NCBI GenBank assembly: GCA_041666325.1
Contig: JBAYHC010000001.1
Span: 329,708 to 393,707 of the forward strand
From: Patescibacteria group bacterium
Lineage (GTDB): Bacteria > Patescibacteriota > UBA1384 > XYA2-FULL-43-10 > 1-14-0-10-43-13
Direction of reading: 5' to 3'
Length of the DNA stretch: 64,000 nt
A program made the translations under genes and the position numbers. Below the pieces are notes generated by a model that made no database searches, had not been told where the DNA came from, and was given only the letters and a program-made list of their open reading frames with translations. Below, one piece after another: positions 35,326 through 43,929 of the stretch (positions are counted from its first letter, which is position 1; every line of letters begins with the position of its first letter).

Positions 35326-37878
35326 CTAAACGATATCCCTGATCCCAATCATAATTTTGTCGCCTTTTTTGGCCTTGCCTGAAAGAATTTGATTAGCAAG
35401 ATAATCCTCAACCTTCTCCTGAATAACTCGCTGCATTGGACGCGCCCCCATCTTCGGGTCAAAGCCCATTTTGGCTAACTCCGCCACAGTCTCGGGAGCA
35501 ATCTCAACCTCTATCCCCTTATTCTCTCTAACTGTGTTTTGGAGATTGGAGATCATCAGCCCGGCGATTGAGTTAATTTCTGCAGGAGAGAGTGGTGAGA
35601 ACGCAACTATTTGAGTAAAGCGGTTCAAAAACTCCGGTCGATAAATGTTCTCTTGCTGCAGGTACTCAATCAGAGTTTCCTTGACCTTGCCATAGTCTGT
35701 GCCACTGTTTATAGATTGTCGTATGAGGTTAGAGCCGGCGTTAGAAGTGCAAATAATTATCGTGTTGGTAAAGGCAACCTTTCGACCGAAGCCATCTGTA
35801 AGGTGTCCCTCATCTAAAACCTGCAAAAATAAATCTAGAATATCACGATGCGCCTTCTCTATTTCATCGAAAAGAAGCAAAGAAAATGGATGTTCTCGAA
35901 CAGCTACCGTCAATGTTCCCTGAACATCTTCTCCCGAGATATTTGATCCGATAAATCTGTATATATCCTCCTTGTTCTGGTATTCAGACATATCAAATCT
36001 TATCATGCGACCCTCATCACCGAAGTAAGAAGCAGCCAGCGCCTTCGCAGTTTCAGTTTTTCCAACACCAGTTGGACCCAGAAAGAGAAAAGATCCGATC
36101 GGCTTTTTGCTATTTACCACCCCTGCACGAACCCTCTTAAGAGCGTTCGCAATTGCCTTCACTGCTTCGGCTTGACCGACAACTCGCTTGTGCATCTCCT
36201 CCTCAAGGTGAAGCAGCTTGTCTTTTTCATCCTGGCCAGCCTCGCTTGCTGGAACATCATATTTATCAGTCACATACTCCTTGATATCCTTGGGCAACAC
36301 AATAGTTCTCCCCCGCTCCGAGGCTGCACGTGTAGCCGAGCCGTCCAAAAGGTTTATTGACTTCTCAGGGTTAGGGACGCTCAGAATATATTTATCTGCA
36401 GCTACAACAGTCTCCTTGATTGCCTCATATGAGATTACTACCTTGGCCCTTGCCTCTATTGCTGGCACCACATCCTCGAGAATGCGAATCGTTTCAGCTC
36501 GGCCCGACTCATCAACAGTCACCCTAGTGAAGCGCTCGGCTAGAGCAGTATTGGAGGCAACCAGTCCGTTAAATGTTGCCACATCCGAGGTGGCAACAAT
36601 GTTCATGTCGGGATAATCAAGAAAGGGCAGAAGCAGCTCGATTGCGTTTATGCTCCCAGCACTCTCGTTTGAAAGAAGATTCTGAATATTTTCAATAAAA
36701 ACAATAATATTGCCGGCTGAGATAATCTCAGCGAAGAGTGAGTTGATTGCATTCGCAGCGGCTTCGCCCTGGTAGGTTGCTATCAATGATTCCAGGTTGA
36801 CCTCAATCAAATGTTTATACGCCAGATGATCACCGATGTTTCCATCGGCTATCTGCTTTGCCAAGCCCAAAACAGTTGTCCTCTTGCCCACGCCCGCTTC
36901 TCCAACCAAAATCGCATTGCCACTATTCTGACGCATGAGAGCTTCAGCAATTTCCTTTATTTCCTTCTCTCGCCCAATTATCTCAATGCCAAGCCCTCTG
37001 GTCTGTATGGAGGCTGTTAGATCGTGGCCGAACTGATCAAGCATTGGGGTATATCCATATGCCCAATCCCGCCCGATACCCCCAGTGAAACGAAAACGTT
37101 TCGGGTCAAGAAACCTGTGCCCCTCCAAACTTTTCCGTATAAGACTTGTCTGCCAATACACTACGTGCGCAAGATCTGCCACCGTCAATTTAAGATCTTC
37201 AATTAACTTCGCGAACAATGGATCCACCTTTGCCAGGGCAACCAAAACATCGCCAACCTCAATCTGGTGGTGTTCCTCAGCCACGGCAACCTCCAGCGCC
37301 TGTCGCAAAACCTCCGGGACGGTCTCGACACCAGCGTAATCATTGAGCAATGATTCAATTGCATCATGACCCACGCCCAACCTGAACAGAAGGAAGTCAA
37401 TGCTTTTTGAGCCGAGTAGAGCATGCGCCAGGTCCTTGGTAGTGTTGGTTTTTTTTGAATTAGAGAAAATCCCCCTGGTTGACTTAGCTAAATCAAACGA
37501 GAAAAGAGAAAAATAGTTAACTGTCTCCCCCTTCGTCAATTTGCCCTTGGCTTCCAAGAGCGGCACGACCTTGGGATATTTCAGCTTCTCGAGATAGAAA
37601 GCACGAAGTGGCAAATAGTAGATGAAGAGACCAGCAACAAGTGATGAAAGGCCAAGATATCGCTCTCTCATATCCTCCTCGTCCAGTGATGACTCCGCTA
37701 GTTGAGACAGCGAGGCTGGGCCAAAAATTGAGACTACTATATATAGGATAGACAAAAATCCTGCAATCCAAAAAATGACCAGCAATAACCTGATTAACGG
37801 GTTTGAGGCATAGCGGTCGAAAACCAAGCTCTGCCCAATCAGAGTGCCGCCTGAATTTGTTGTTGATTTTTCAGCCAT
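35326..37878 (-). CDS. Membrane-anchored Clp/Hsp100-type AAA+ ATPase (ClpB/ClpC-like, two NBDs)
   Basis: Two N-terminal TM helices, Clp_N-like segment, NBD1 GEAGVGKRT (deviant), NBD2 GPTGVGKTETAKALA, D2-small domain. Confidence 0.75.
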   Translation of the reverse strand: MAEKSTTNSGGTLIGQSLVFDRYASNPLIRLLLVIFWIAGFLSILYIVVSIFGPASLSQLAESSLDEEDMRERYLGLSSLVAGLFIYYLPLRAFYLEKLKYPKVVPLLEAKGKLTKGETVNYFSLFSFDLAKSTRGIFSNSKKTNTTKDLAHALLGSKSIDFLLFRLGVGHDAIESLLNDYAGVETVPEVLRQALEVAVAEEHHQIEVGDVLVALAKVDPLFAKLIEDLKLTVADLAHVVYWQTSLIRKSLEGHRFLDPKRFRFTGGIGRDWAYGYTPMLDQFGHDLTASIQTRGLGIEIIGREKEIKEIAEALMRQNSGNAILVGEAGVGKRTTVLGLAKQIADGNIGDHLAYKHLIEVNLESLIATYQGEAAANAINSLFAEIISAGNIIVFIENIQNLLSNESAGSINAIELLLPFLDYPDMNIVATSDVATFNGLVASNTALAERFTRVTVDESGRAETIRILEDVVPAIEARAKVVISYEAIKETVVAADKYILSVPNPEKSINLLDGSATRAASERGRTIVLPKDIKEYVTDKYDVPASEAGQDEKDKLLHLEEEMHKRVVGQAEAVKAIANALKRVRAGVVNSKKPIGSFLFLGPTGVGKTETAKALAASYFGDEGRMIRFDMSEYQNKEDIYRFIGSNISGEDVQGTLTVAVREHPFSLLLFDEIEKAHRDILDLFLQVLDEGHLTDGFGRKVAFTNTIIICTSNAGSNLIRQSINSGTDYGKVKETLIEYLQQENIYRPEFLNRFTQIVAFSPLSPAEINSIAGLMISNLQNTVRENKGIEVEIAPETVAELAKMGFDPKMGARPMQRVIQEKVEDYLANQILSGKAKKGDKIMIGIRDIV

Positions 37879-37879
37879 C

Positions 37880-38272
37880 TTACCAGCCTATCAATATTCT
37901 TAATCCGTTCAGCGCAAAAGCTATGCCTATTATCGGCCAAGCAATCCAGACCACAATCGCTATGATCGAACAAACTATTCCTGTAACAAAAATTAGAAGG
38001 AAGGCAATAATAGTAAAAGCTTTAACCATGAAACCAATGAGTCTTGAGGCAGCATTCAGGCCCCAAACATGGAACATCTCTTGCAAGCTTAAACCCTGCG
38101 TTCCGGTCTGGTCTCTGCGCCAAGGGGCAAACAGCGTTTTAAGGCAAATCCTGAGTGAAAACATATCGGCCAAATATGCCAGAAAGCGTTTTTGGAATAC
38201 AAAAAGCTTGGTGAGCGCCTCGCCGTACCACCAACCAAAAAAAATTAGGACTAATGTGTTTTTCCTCTCCAT
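37880..38272 (-). CDS. Hypothetical membrane protein immediately upstream of the Clp ATPase gene (1-nt gap)
   Basis: 130-aa ORF with 3 hydrophobic helices; tight coupling to 35326..37878. Confidence 0.4.
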   Translation of the reverse strand: MERKNTLVLIFFGWWYGEALTKLFVFQKRFLAYLADMFSLRICLKTLFAPWRRDQTGTQGLSLQEMFHVWGLNAASRLIGFMVKAFTIIAFLLIFVTGIVCSIIAIVVWIAWPIIGIAFALNGLRILIGW

Positions 38273-38441
38273 ATTTTTCCTAGCTCATTATACAGCAAAT
38301 ATACCGATAAGGGAAAAGTGCATTCAGAAGGATACTCCAGAACCACCTCATACTTGAGACTACTACCATAAATTAGTTGTTTCTGATTGACAAATTATAT
38401 CATAATACTATCGAAAATCAATCTATATTGCCTCTTAGGCC

Positions 38442-38478
38442 TTGACAAAGTATCGCTTAATTGATACAATGTTATAAT
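38442..38478 (+). promoter_or_regulatory. Near-consensus sigma70 promoter: TTGACA-17-TACAAT, plus an overlapping extended -10 TGtTATAAT
   Basis: TTGACA 38442-38447, TACAAT 38465-38470, TGTTATAAT 38470-38478. Confidence 0.5.
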
Positions 38479-38524
38479 TTCCAAATATGGAAAGGAATAT
38501 AAGAAAGCATTAACAGGAGGAACA

Positions 38525-38674
38525 ATGAAAGAAAAATTACACACTGACATAGTCCGAGTTGGCACCAAGAGTGTAGATCATAATGATCTTAGCGCCATTG
38601 AGGCCACCGCAATGAGTATCGTCGCCATTCTGTCCATCACACTCGGCACGATCTACGGCAGTCTAATGTTCTAA
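38525..38674 (+). CDS. Unannotated 49-aa small membrane protein (MKEKLHTDIVRVGTKSVDHNDLSAIEATAMSIVAILSITLGTIYGSLMF)
   Basis: ATG at 38525 preceded by AGGAGG (38515-38520); consensus promoter upstream and a hairpin terminator downstream; below the 60-aa cutoff of the ORF track. Confidence 0.45.
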   Translation: MKEKLHTDIVRVGTKSVDHNDLSAIEATAMSIVAILSITLGTIYGSLMF

Positions 38675-38694
38675 CCAGAACAAACATTACCAAC

Positions 38695-38729
38695 AAAAAT
38701 CCGCACTAAACTTGCGGATTTTTGTTTTA
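38695..38729. terminator. Bidirectional intrinsic terminator (ATCCGCA/TGCGGAT stem, A-run/T-run flanks)
   Basis: 7-bp perfect stem, loop CTAAACT, TTTTGTTTT downstream, AAAAA upstream; lies between convergent genes. Confidence 0.5.
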
Positions 38730-38742
38730 TCCACGAGCAGAG

Positions 38743-38988
38743 TTACCCGGCTCGTTTAATCAATCGCAGAAGTGTCTGCAGCTCGGAGGATAAGGATGGG
38801 TTATCTTTGGATTTCTCATCGATCATCTCCTCAACGAGAGCACCGATAGTAGATCCGACCGAAGATCTCACAGCCTCAAGCTGAATCAAGATTTCCGTTG
38901 CAGGCTTTTCCTTGCCAAGCATGTCGCCAATGCCGCGAACTTGGCCCTCGATACGGCGCAAGCGGTTATAGATCGGCTGATGTTTCAT
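38743..38988 (-). CDS. CsoR/RcnR/FrmR-family (DUF156) transcriptional repressor paralog lacking the metal-ligand Cys/His residues
   Basis: 81 aa; RLRRIEGQVRGIGDML N-terminal helix typical of the family; no Cys or His at the W-X-Y-Z ligand positions. Confidence 0.55.
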   Translation of the reverse strand: MKHQPIYNRLRRIEGQVRGIGDMLGKEKPATEILIQLEAVRSSVGSTIGALVEEMIDEKSKDNPSLSSELQTLLRLIKRAG

Positions 38989-39091
38989 GGGCCTCCTAAT
39001 AACAAGTAAGCAACGAACACCGGAAAGGATATCACACTCAATCGAAGATCTGCCGACTGTTAGTATCCAACTTTTTGCCTTTCGGTTGGCC

Positions 39092-39172
39092 TGTGGATAA
39101 GCCTATCTTATCCACTACTATACCCCTCCCTTTCCACAGTATACCCCAGGGGGGTATGTATCAAGTGTGGAT
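39092..39172. promoter_or_regulatory. Cluster of DnaA-box-like 9-mers, including a perfect inverted repeat GTGGATAAG-N5-CTTATCCAC
   Basis: TGTGGATAA at 39092-39100, TTATCCACt at 39108-39116, TGTGGATAA at 39164-39172; also ATACCCCAGGGGGGTAT palindrome at about 39140-39157. Confidence 0.4.
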
Positions 39173-39195
39173 AAAACCGCTTTTCTGGGGAAAAC

Positions 39196-39221
39196 AAAAT
39201 GCCCCCAGTGGGGGGCATTTT
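39196..39221. terminator. Intrinsic terminator downstream of the RRM gene (AAAATGCCCCC/GGGGGCATTTT)
   Basis: 11-bp stem, loop AGT(G), U-run on the minus strand. Confidence 0.6.
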
Positions 39222-39239
39222 GCCATTTAGGTTCGCCGC

Positions 39240-39608
39240 TTATTCAGCGTCGTGTTCTTCTCGCTCTTTGCGAGCACGTGCGAAGCTAACTTTGATTGGA
39301 CGTCCGGCAATTTCCTTGCCATCCATCTCGGCCAGGGCCTTAGCGGCATCGTCGACATTTGTGTATCGAACAAAACCATATCCCTTTGATCGGCCTGTAT
39401 CTGGATAACGAATGACGACTGCTTCAACAATCTCTCCGAAAGGAGCGAATGCTTCTTGCAGGTCTTCGTTGGTAGCAGCCCAAGCTAAGCTTCCGATAAA
39501 CAGATTCTCACTTGGTTCGGCTTCAACGTCCTCGTCTCTTGTATCTTGATCCATTGTAACCTTCTTTGATCTCACTCTTGACGCTTGCCTCGAGCAATTG
39601 CTTGCCAC
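39240..39608 (-). CDS. RRM-type RNA-binding protein
   Basis: RNP2 LFIGSL and RNP1 KGYGFVRY; probable true start is the Met at 39554 (MDQDTRDE..., AAGAAGG RBS). Confidence 0.75.
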   Translation of the reverse strand: MASNCSRQASRVRSKKVTMDQDTRDEDVEAEPSENLFIGSLAWAATNEDLQEAFAPFGEIVEAVVIRYPDTGRSKGYGFVRYTNVDDAAKALAEMDGKEIAGRPIKVSFARARKEREEHDAE

Positions 39609-39687
39609 AAGACTTCATCGTACATGAGTTCCTTTTACTATTACCCACAAACACGCATCGACCAAGGCGTATTTATGTATAATAATA

Positions 39688-40434
39688 CTAATCAAGGAAA
39701 AGAAGCAAACCCATTACCCCAATACCCAAAATCATCGAAATGAACTGCCACAGAGACAACTGCCAACGCTCTTCTTTGTGCAACTCGGGAACAAGTCCCG
39801 ACAGCGCGATATAAATAAAACCACCAATCGTCAGCGGTACCACAAATGCAACAAAAGCCTCCGCATCCTGGCCAATGAAGTAAGCGATTACACCGCCTGC
39901 GATCGCGATGCTGCCAGAGATAAGATTATAAAAGATTGCTCGCCCTCGATTGAAACCTGAGTGAAGCAGAATGCCAAAATCGCCCAGTTCCTGCGGAATC
40001 TCATGCAAAGCAACTGCAACAGTAGTGGTAATTCCCAGTGGCATTGAAACAAGAAAACTTGCTCCAATAAGGATTCCATCAATAAAATTGTGAAATCCGT
40101 CTCCAACAAGATTTAGAACACCAAGATATCGGGGATGCTCTTCACATTCAATATCGTGGCAATGACGCCAGTGAAGAAATTTTTCGAGTGCGAAGAAGAA
40201 TAGGATTCCGGAGAGTATCGAAATTGAGTTTAGTAACGTCAGGGAACCTGTCCGCTCAACTGTTTCAGGCAAAAGGTGGAGAAAAGCATCACCGATCAGG
40301 GCACCGGTCGAAAAAGCGACAAAAAAGAGGAGGAGTTTTTTGAGTGCTTCCTCTTTGATAAATAATGTTATCGCTCCAACAAAGGATATGAGCGAAACGA
40401 TAACAACACTAACGATTGTATAAGCTAAAACCAT
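39688..40434 (-). CDS. ZIP-family metal (Zn/Fe) transporter, ZupT-like
   Basis: HNFIDGILIG and HEIPQELGDFGIL signature helices, 8 TM. Confidence 0.8.
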   Translation of the reverse strand: MVLAYTIVSVVIVSLISFVGAITLFIKEEALKKLLLFFVAFSTGALIGDAFLHLLPETVERTGSLTLLNSISILSGILFFFALEKFLHWRHCHDIECEEHPRYLGVLNLVGDGFHNFIDGILIGASFLVSMPLGITTTVAVALHEIPQELGDFGILLHSGFNRGRAIFYNLISGSIAIAGGVIAYFIGQDAEAFVAFVVPLTIGGFIYIALSGLVPELHKEERWQLSLWQFISMILGIGVMGLLLFLD

Positions 40435-40553
40435 GCGAACTCGTATACAAACCTTCTATAACAAGACACAAAGTAATGTGACAACGATACACGGCGTTAT
40501 AAGAAACGAAGTGCACTTATTGCTAACAATGATATATATAACTGCGCAAAAAA

Positions 40554-41336
40554 TCAATGTTTATGCGACATTTCAAGATCTATCCCGAGCGGACAATGGT
40601 CTGACCCCAAAACATCAGACAAAATAGATGCACCGGAAACACTCACAGATAAGGTTTTGCTCACAAAGATATAGTCAATGCGCCAGCCCAAATTTCTCGT
40701 CCTAGCATCGGCCATGTATGGCCACCACGTGTAATAGCCAGCTCCATCGGGACGAAAATGGCGAAAACTGTCAATAAAGCCGATACTGATTAGTTCGTCT
40801 AACTGCGCCCTCTCTTCTGGGGTAAACATTATGTTGTCTTTGTTCTGCTTTGGCCGCGCAAGATCAATCTCCCCGTGAGCAATGTTAAAATCGCCCGCAA
40901 GCACCACGTTCCGGTTCTGTTCTTCGGACAAATATCGCTGCAAGTGTCGATAGCAATCAAGTTTATATTCTAAATTTTCCTTTTGCCTGCCGCCATGAGG
41001 AAGATACAGATTGATGAGATTAAAGTCATCAAACTCAAGTTCTAGTATTCTCCCCTCCTGATCAAACCGATCAGAAAAAGATGGCCTAGAAACATTCTTT
41101 GGTTTCTTTTTTGTATAAACCGCGACTCCGGCATAGCCGGGCTTTGCGGCACAATTAAAAAATGCGTGGTAGCGATCAATGTTCTTGAGCCCTGCCGGAA
41201 TAACATCTTCACCCACTTTAATCTCTTGGAGGCAAACGACATCGGCATCCTCTTTGCTGAGCCATTCCAAGAATCCTTTTTTGTATACCGAGCGCAAGCC
41301 GTTTACATTCCAAGTAACTATTTTCATATTAATCAT
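40554..41336 (-). CDS. xthA: Exodeoxyribonuclease III (AP endonuclease, EEP fold)
   Basis: MKIVTWNVNGLRS, CLQEIK, NxGxRIDY and C-terminal SDHCPLGIDL motifs. Confidence 0.85.
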   Translation of the reverse strand: MINMKIVTWNVNGLRSVYKKGFLEWLSKEDADVVCLQEIKVGEDVIPAGLKNIDRYHAFFNCAAKPGYAGVAVYTKKKPKNVSRPSFSDRFDQEGRILELEFDDFNLINLYLPHGGRQKENLEYKLDCYRHLQRYLSEEQNRNVVLAGDFNIAHGEIDLARPKQNKDNIMFTPEERAQLDELISIGFIDSFRHFRPDGAGYYTWWPYMADARTRNLGWRIDYIFVSKTLSVSVSGASILSDVLGSDHCPLGIDLEMSHKH

Positions 41337-41890
41337 CTCAGGCCTGAGTATATCGAAAGGAACTCAGTCCAAATCCTATAAAATGGTTCAGCTATTTGCT
41401 TGACCTCTGGAATCAGTGCCACATCACGATAATCTCGGCCCAACTTAGCTATTGCCTCATCAACTCTGCCACTCTGAGCCATGTCGATGTACGGAGTGTC
41501 AGTCATGTGGCTTGCGGCATCGATGGCAGCAACAATTTTGGCTTCGATTGACTCAGGCATCACATCTTTGCATCGATGGGCCCTGACACAATGGGCAACC
41601 TTCTCAATCTTTTCCTGCGGATATTTTTTGTCAGCCAAGAAAACCTTGGCCCTCTTCTCGGACTCGACCGCATGATCGTATGTGCCATATTCCCCATCAT
41701 AGTGAGAGATGTCATGTAACCAAATCGAGAGAAAAACTATCTCGCGATCAGCTTTGGGATAGCTTTTCAACACTCTCTCTGCCCAACGAGTCATCTCTCC
41801 TGTGTGGCGAATGAGGCCGAATTTATCGAGAGGAGCAGCCTGAATAGTCTCGATAAAGTATAACTTTGTGTCATCTATTATTGTGCTCAT
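41333..41890 (-). CDS. HD-domain phosphohydrolase (small YfbR/5'-deoxynucleotidase-like)
   Basis: H..HDISHY HD motif and downstream His/Asp residues; 185 aa; 4-nt overlaps with both neighbours. Confidence 0.65.
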   Translation of the reverse strand: MSTIIDDTKLYFIETIQAAPLDKFGLIRHTGEMTRWAERVLKSYPKADREIVFLSIWLHDISHYDGEYGTYDHAVESEKRAKVFLADKKYPQEKIEKVAHCVRAHRCKDVMPESIEAKIVAAIDAASHMTDTPYIDMAQSGRVDEAIAKLGRDYRDVALIPEVKQIAEPFYRIWTEFLSIYSGLR

Positions 41891-42210
41891 ACCTTCTTCC
41901 TTTCATATCGATCGTTATCTCTGCCCCAGCACTTATTCATCACACCAGTCATGCTCTCGTCTAGATCGATTTTGAGTGAATTGGCAAGACAGATCAAGGT
42001 AAATATCATGTCCCCAATCTCGTCGCTCACCTCACCGATATCCTCAGAGGGCTTTTTCTTCTTGGGTCCAAAGCGATGATTAATCTCGCGAGCTAGCTCG
42101 CCATTTTCCTCGCTCAGCCTTGCCAGTATCTCGAGCGGCTGCCAATAAGGGGTTTTGAACTGCCCAGCCCACTTATCGACCTCCTCTTGCCAATAAACCA
42201 GCTTATTCAT
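41887..42210 (-). CDS. MazG-like nucleoside triphosphate pyrophosphohydrolase (small single-domain type)
   Basis: EExGEL-type helix (EENGELAREI) and EIGDMIFTLICLAN second helix of the all-alpha NTP-PPase fold. Confidence 0.6.
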   Translation of the reverse strand: MNKLVYWQEEVDKWAGQFKTPYWQPLEILARLSEENGELAREINHRFGPKKKKPSEDIGEVSDEIGDMIFTLICLANSLKIDLDESMTGVMNKCWGRDNDRYERKKV

Positions 42211-42526
42211 TTTTGCCTCCTTGGTTGGCTAAATCTGCCCGGTTTGCATTATCTTGTTCAATTAAAGCAATCTTTTTTTCTCTGGTCCAGCCCTTAACTT
42301 TCTTCTCAGCGGCAATCGCCTCCGCCGGCGAATTGAATTCCTGAAACCAAACAAGCTTATAGAGTTTATAGCGTTTCGAGAAAGAGTTCTTGATTAGGCC
42401 ATTCTTGTGCTCAAATACTCTTCGGTCCAGATCATTTGTGATTCCCGTATAGAGAACGGCGTCTGTGTGATTGGTAATTATATAAACCCACCATCTTTTC
42501 TGCATCCCCTTCTCCTTAGAAGTCAT
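42203..42526 (-). CDS. GIY-YIG nuclease-domain protein (about 100 aa, YhbQ/Slx1-like)
   Basis: WWVYIITN...LYTGIT...R..EH GIY-YIG core; probable start is the Met at 42505 (AAGGAG RBS 6 nt upstream). Confidence 0.7.
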   Translation of the reverse strand: MTSKEKGMQKRWWVYIITNHTDAVLYTGITNDLDRRVFEHKNGLIKNSFSKRYKLYKLVWFQEFNSPAEAIAAEKKVKGWTREKKIALIEQDNANRADLANQGGKNE

Positions 42527-42600
42527 CCTGACCCTGACTGGTCAGGGGAAGGATCTAGGCGTAGCCGCATGCGGTCGCCGCGGCGACCTAGATTCTTCGT
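42527..42600. promoter_or_regulatory. GC-rich nested palindromes in the leader of the GIY-YIG/MazG/HD/ExoIII operon
   Basis: ATCCTGACCCTGACTGGTCAGGGGAAGGAT hairpin, then ATCTAGG..CCGCATGCGG..GTCGCCGCGGCGAC..CCTAGAT (perfect 10-bp and 14-bp palindromes inside a 7-bp outer inverted repeat). Confidence 0.4.
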
Positions 42601-42669
42601 TAGCACTCAGAATGACTCTGCTAGAGTAAACTTTTGTTAAATTAATACTAATTGTTCACGCAACCAATC

Positions 42670-43221
42670 TTAAGCCCTTCCTGAAACAGGTTTAGTCTTG
42701 GCCATCTTTACCGTTCCGGCTGATTGCCATTTGCCATCGATAAAAACGGTTCGTGCGCCTTGATCGATTGACTGAACAACAAAACCAGCTCGCTGATAAG
42801 CTTTTATGCCGCCAATATTCAAATCACATGTGGTTAGAACAACCTGCTTCATATTCATATTATTTAGAGCGTAATCCGATAATATTTTTGTCACCTCCGT
42901 GCCTATCCCCTTGCCCCAATATTTCTTCTCGCAGATAAATATCCCAAACTCACATGCATCACCAGTAAAGTGAGATAAGCTTGTCCAACCAATTGGGATA
43001 TCACTGTCAATCAGGTAAATGCCCCAGAATATACTGTCTTCAAGTTTCTTAAAAAATTGTTTTACCTCAAGCCCAGTTTTGAAATCGCAAGTTTTCTTAT
43101 AGAAACCAACAAATTTCATCACTTCTGGATCGATTATCCATCCCAGAATTCGTCCAAAATCAAAATCGGTTTCTTTCTGCCATTGCCTTAGTTCGACTTT
43201 TTCACCAATCAACATACCCAT
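42670..43221 (-). CDS. GNAT-family N-acetyltransferase
   Basis: Acetyl-CoA-binding motif WGKGIGTE, typical GNAT beta-strand pattern (VVLTTCDLNIGGIKAYQRAGF). Confidence 0.7.
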   Translation of the reverse strand: MGMLIGEKVELRQWQKETDFDFGRILGWIIDPEVMKFVGFYKKTCDFKTGLEVKQFFKKLEDSIFWGIYLIDSDIPIGWTSLSHFTGDACEFGIFICEKKYWGKGIGTEVTKILSDYALNNMNMKQVVLTTCDLNIGGIKAYQRAGFVVQSIDQGARTVFIDGKWQSAGTVKMAKTKPVSGRA

Positions 43222-43325
43222 TGTTTTTAAGTATAGAACTAAGTTTTTGTCTCATCAAGACTTGATAAAGTAGCCGAAATGCTGTAAAACAAACATGGCT
43301 CAACTAGAGCTCAAGGAGGAGACTC

Positions 43326-43913
43326 ATGCCGGAGCACGACGAGGCGACAATCGCCAAACGCGGCTTGATCGAAATTGTTTTGCCAAAAGATACCGAAATT
43401 AGCGATCATACTGCTGACGTTGTTCGTAGAATACTTAGGCAGTGTCAGCGTCAAGTTAGTACCATTGTCCTCGGAGTATCAAGTCGTCGTGGCCCGATCT
43501 CGTCGCTTGTTATCAGTGGCACCTTGGTCGGCGGCGATAGCCGCGGGCTTTATCTTGGAGCAATTGGAGTACCAACTGAAGTTGAGGGCAGAAGATTAAG
43601 TTTTGTTGCCCTTGATGACCTCTACCAAGGCGAGCCTGGCGCTCCAGTCAGATATCCAATTTCAACTCAGGTGATCGGTTGCGAGATTCGCAGAGATGAT
43701 CACGTGACACTTCGGCTAGAGCCGGTCAGGATCACCAGCAAAACAACTATCACCCACCTTAGCCACCCTTGCCCCGAACGCGACGGTCGCGAGATCAAGC
43801 ATCGCGGCATGGCTGATTGGATTGCTGGCATTACCACGAATGAACCAGAAGCGGACCAGGAAGACTTCCAGACCTATTTCTCGGTTCAAACTGGCAGCAT
43901 TGAGTTCGTTTGA
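43326..43913 (+). CDS. Hypothetical protein (195 aa), sole + strand ORF in a minus-strand block, GC-richer than its neighbours
   Basis: AAGGAGG RBS 6 nt upstream; ATCAAGACTTGAT palindrome in the promoter region; intrinsic terminator immediately downstream; Arg/Gly-rich, no recognised motif. Confidence 0.5.
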   Translation: MPEHDEATIAKRGLIEIVLPKDTEISDHTADVVRRILRQCQRQVSTIVLGVSSRRGPISSLVISGTLVGGDSRGLYLGAIGVPTEVEGRRLSFVALDDLYQGEPGAPVRYPISTQVIGCEIRRDDHVTLRLEPVRITSKTTITHLSHPCPERDGREIKHRGMADWIAGITTNEPEADQEDFQTYFSVQTGSIEFV

Positions 43914-43929
43914 CCGATTGAGTTACCGC

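Noticed and set aside
39092-39172. DnaA-box cluster as the chromosomal replication origin
   Set aside because: There is no dnaA or dnaN nearby and no switch in gene orientation across the site (genes on both sides are minus-strand). It is kept as a regulatory or operator candidate only
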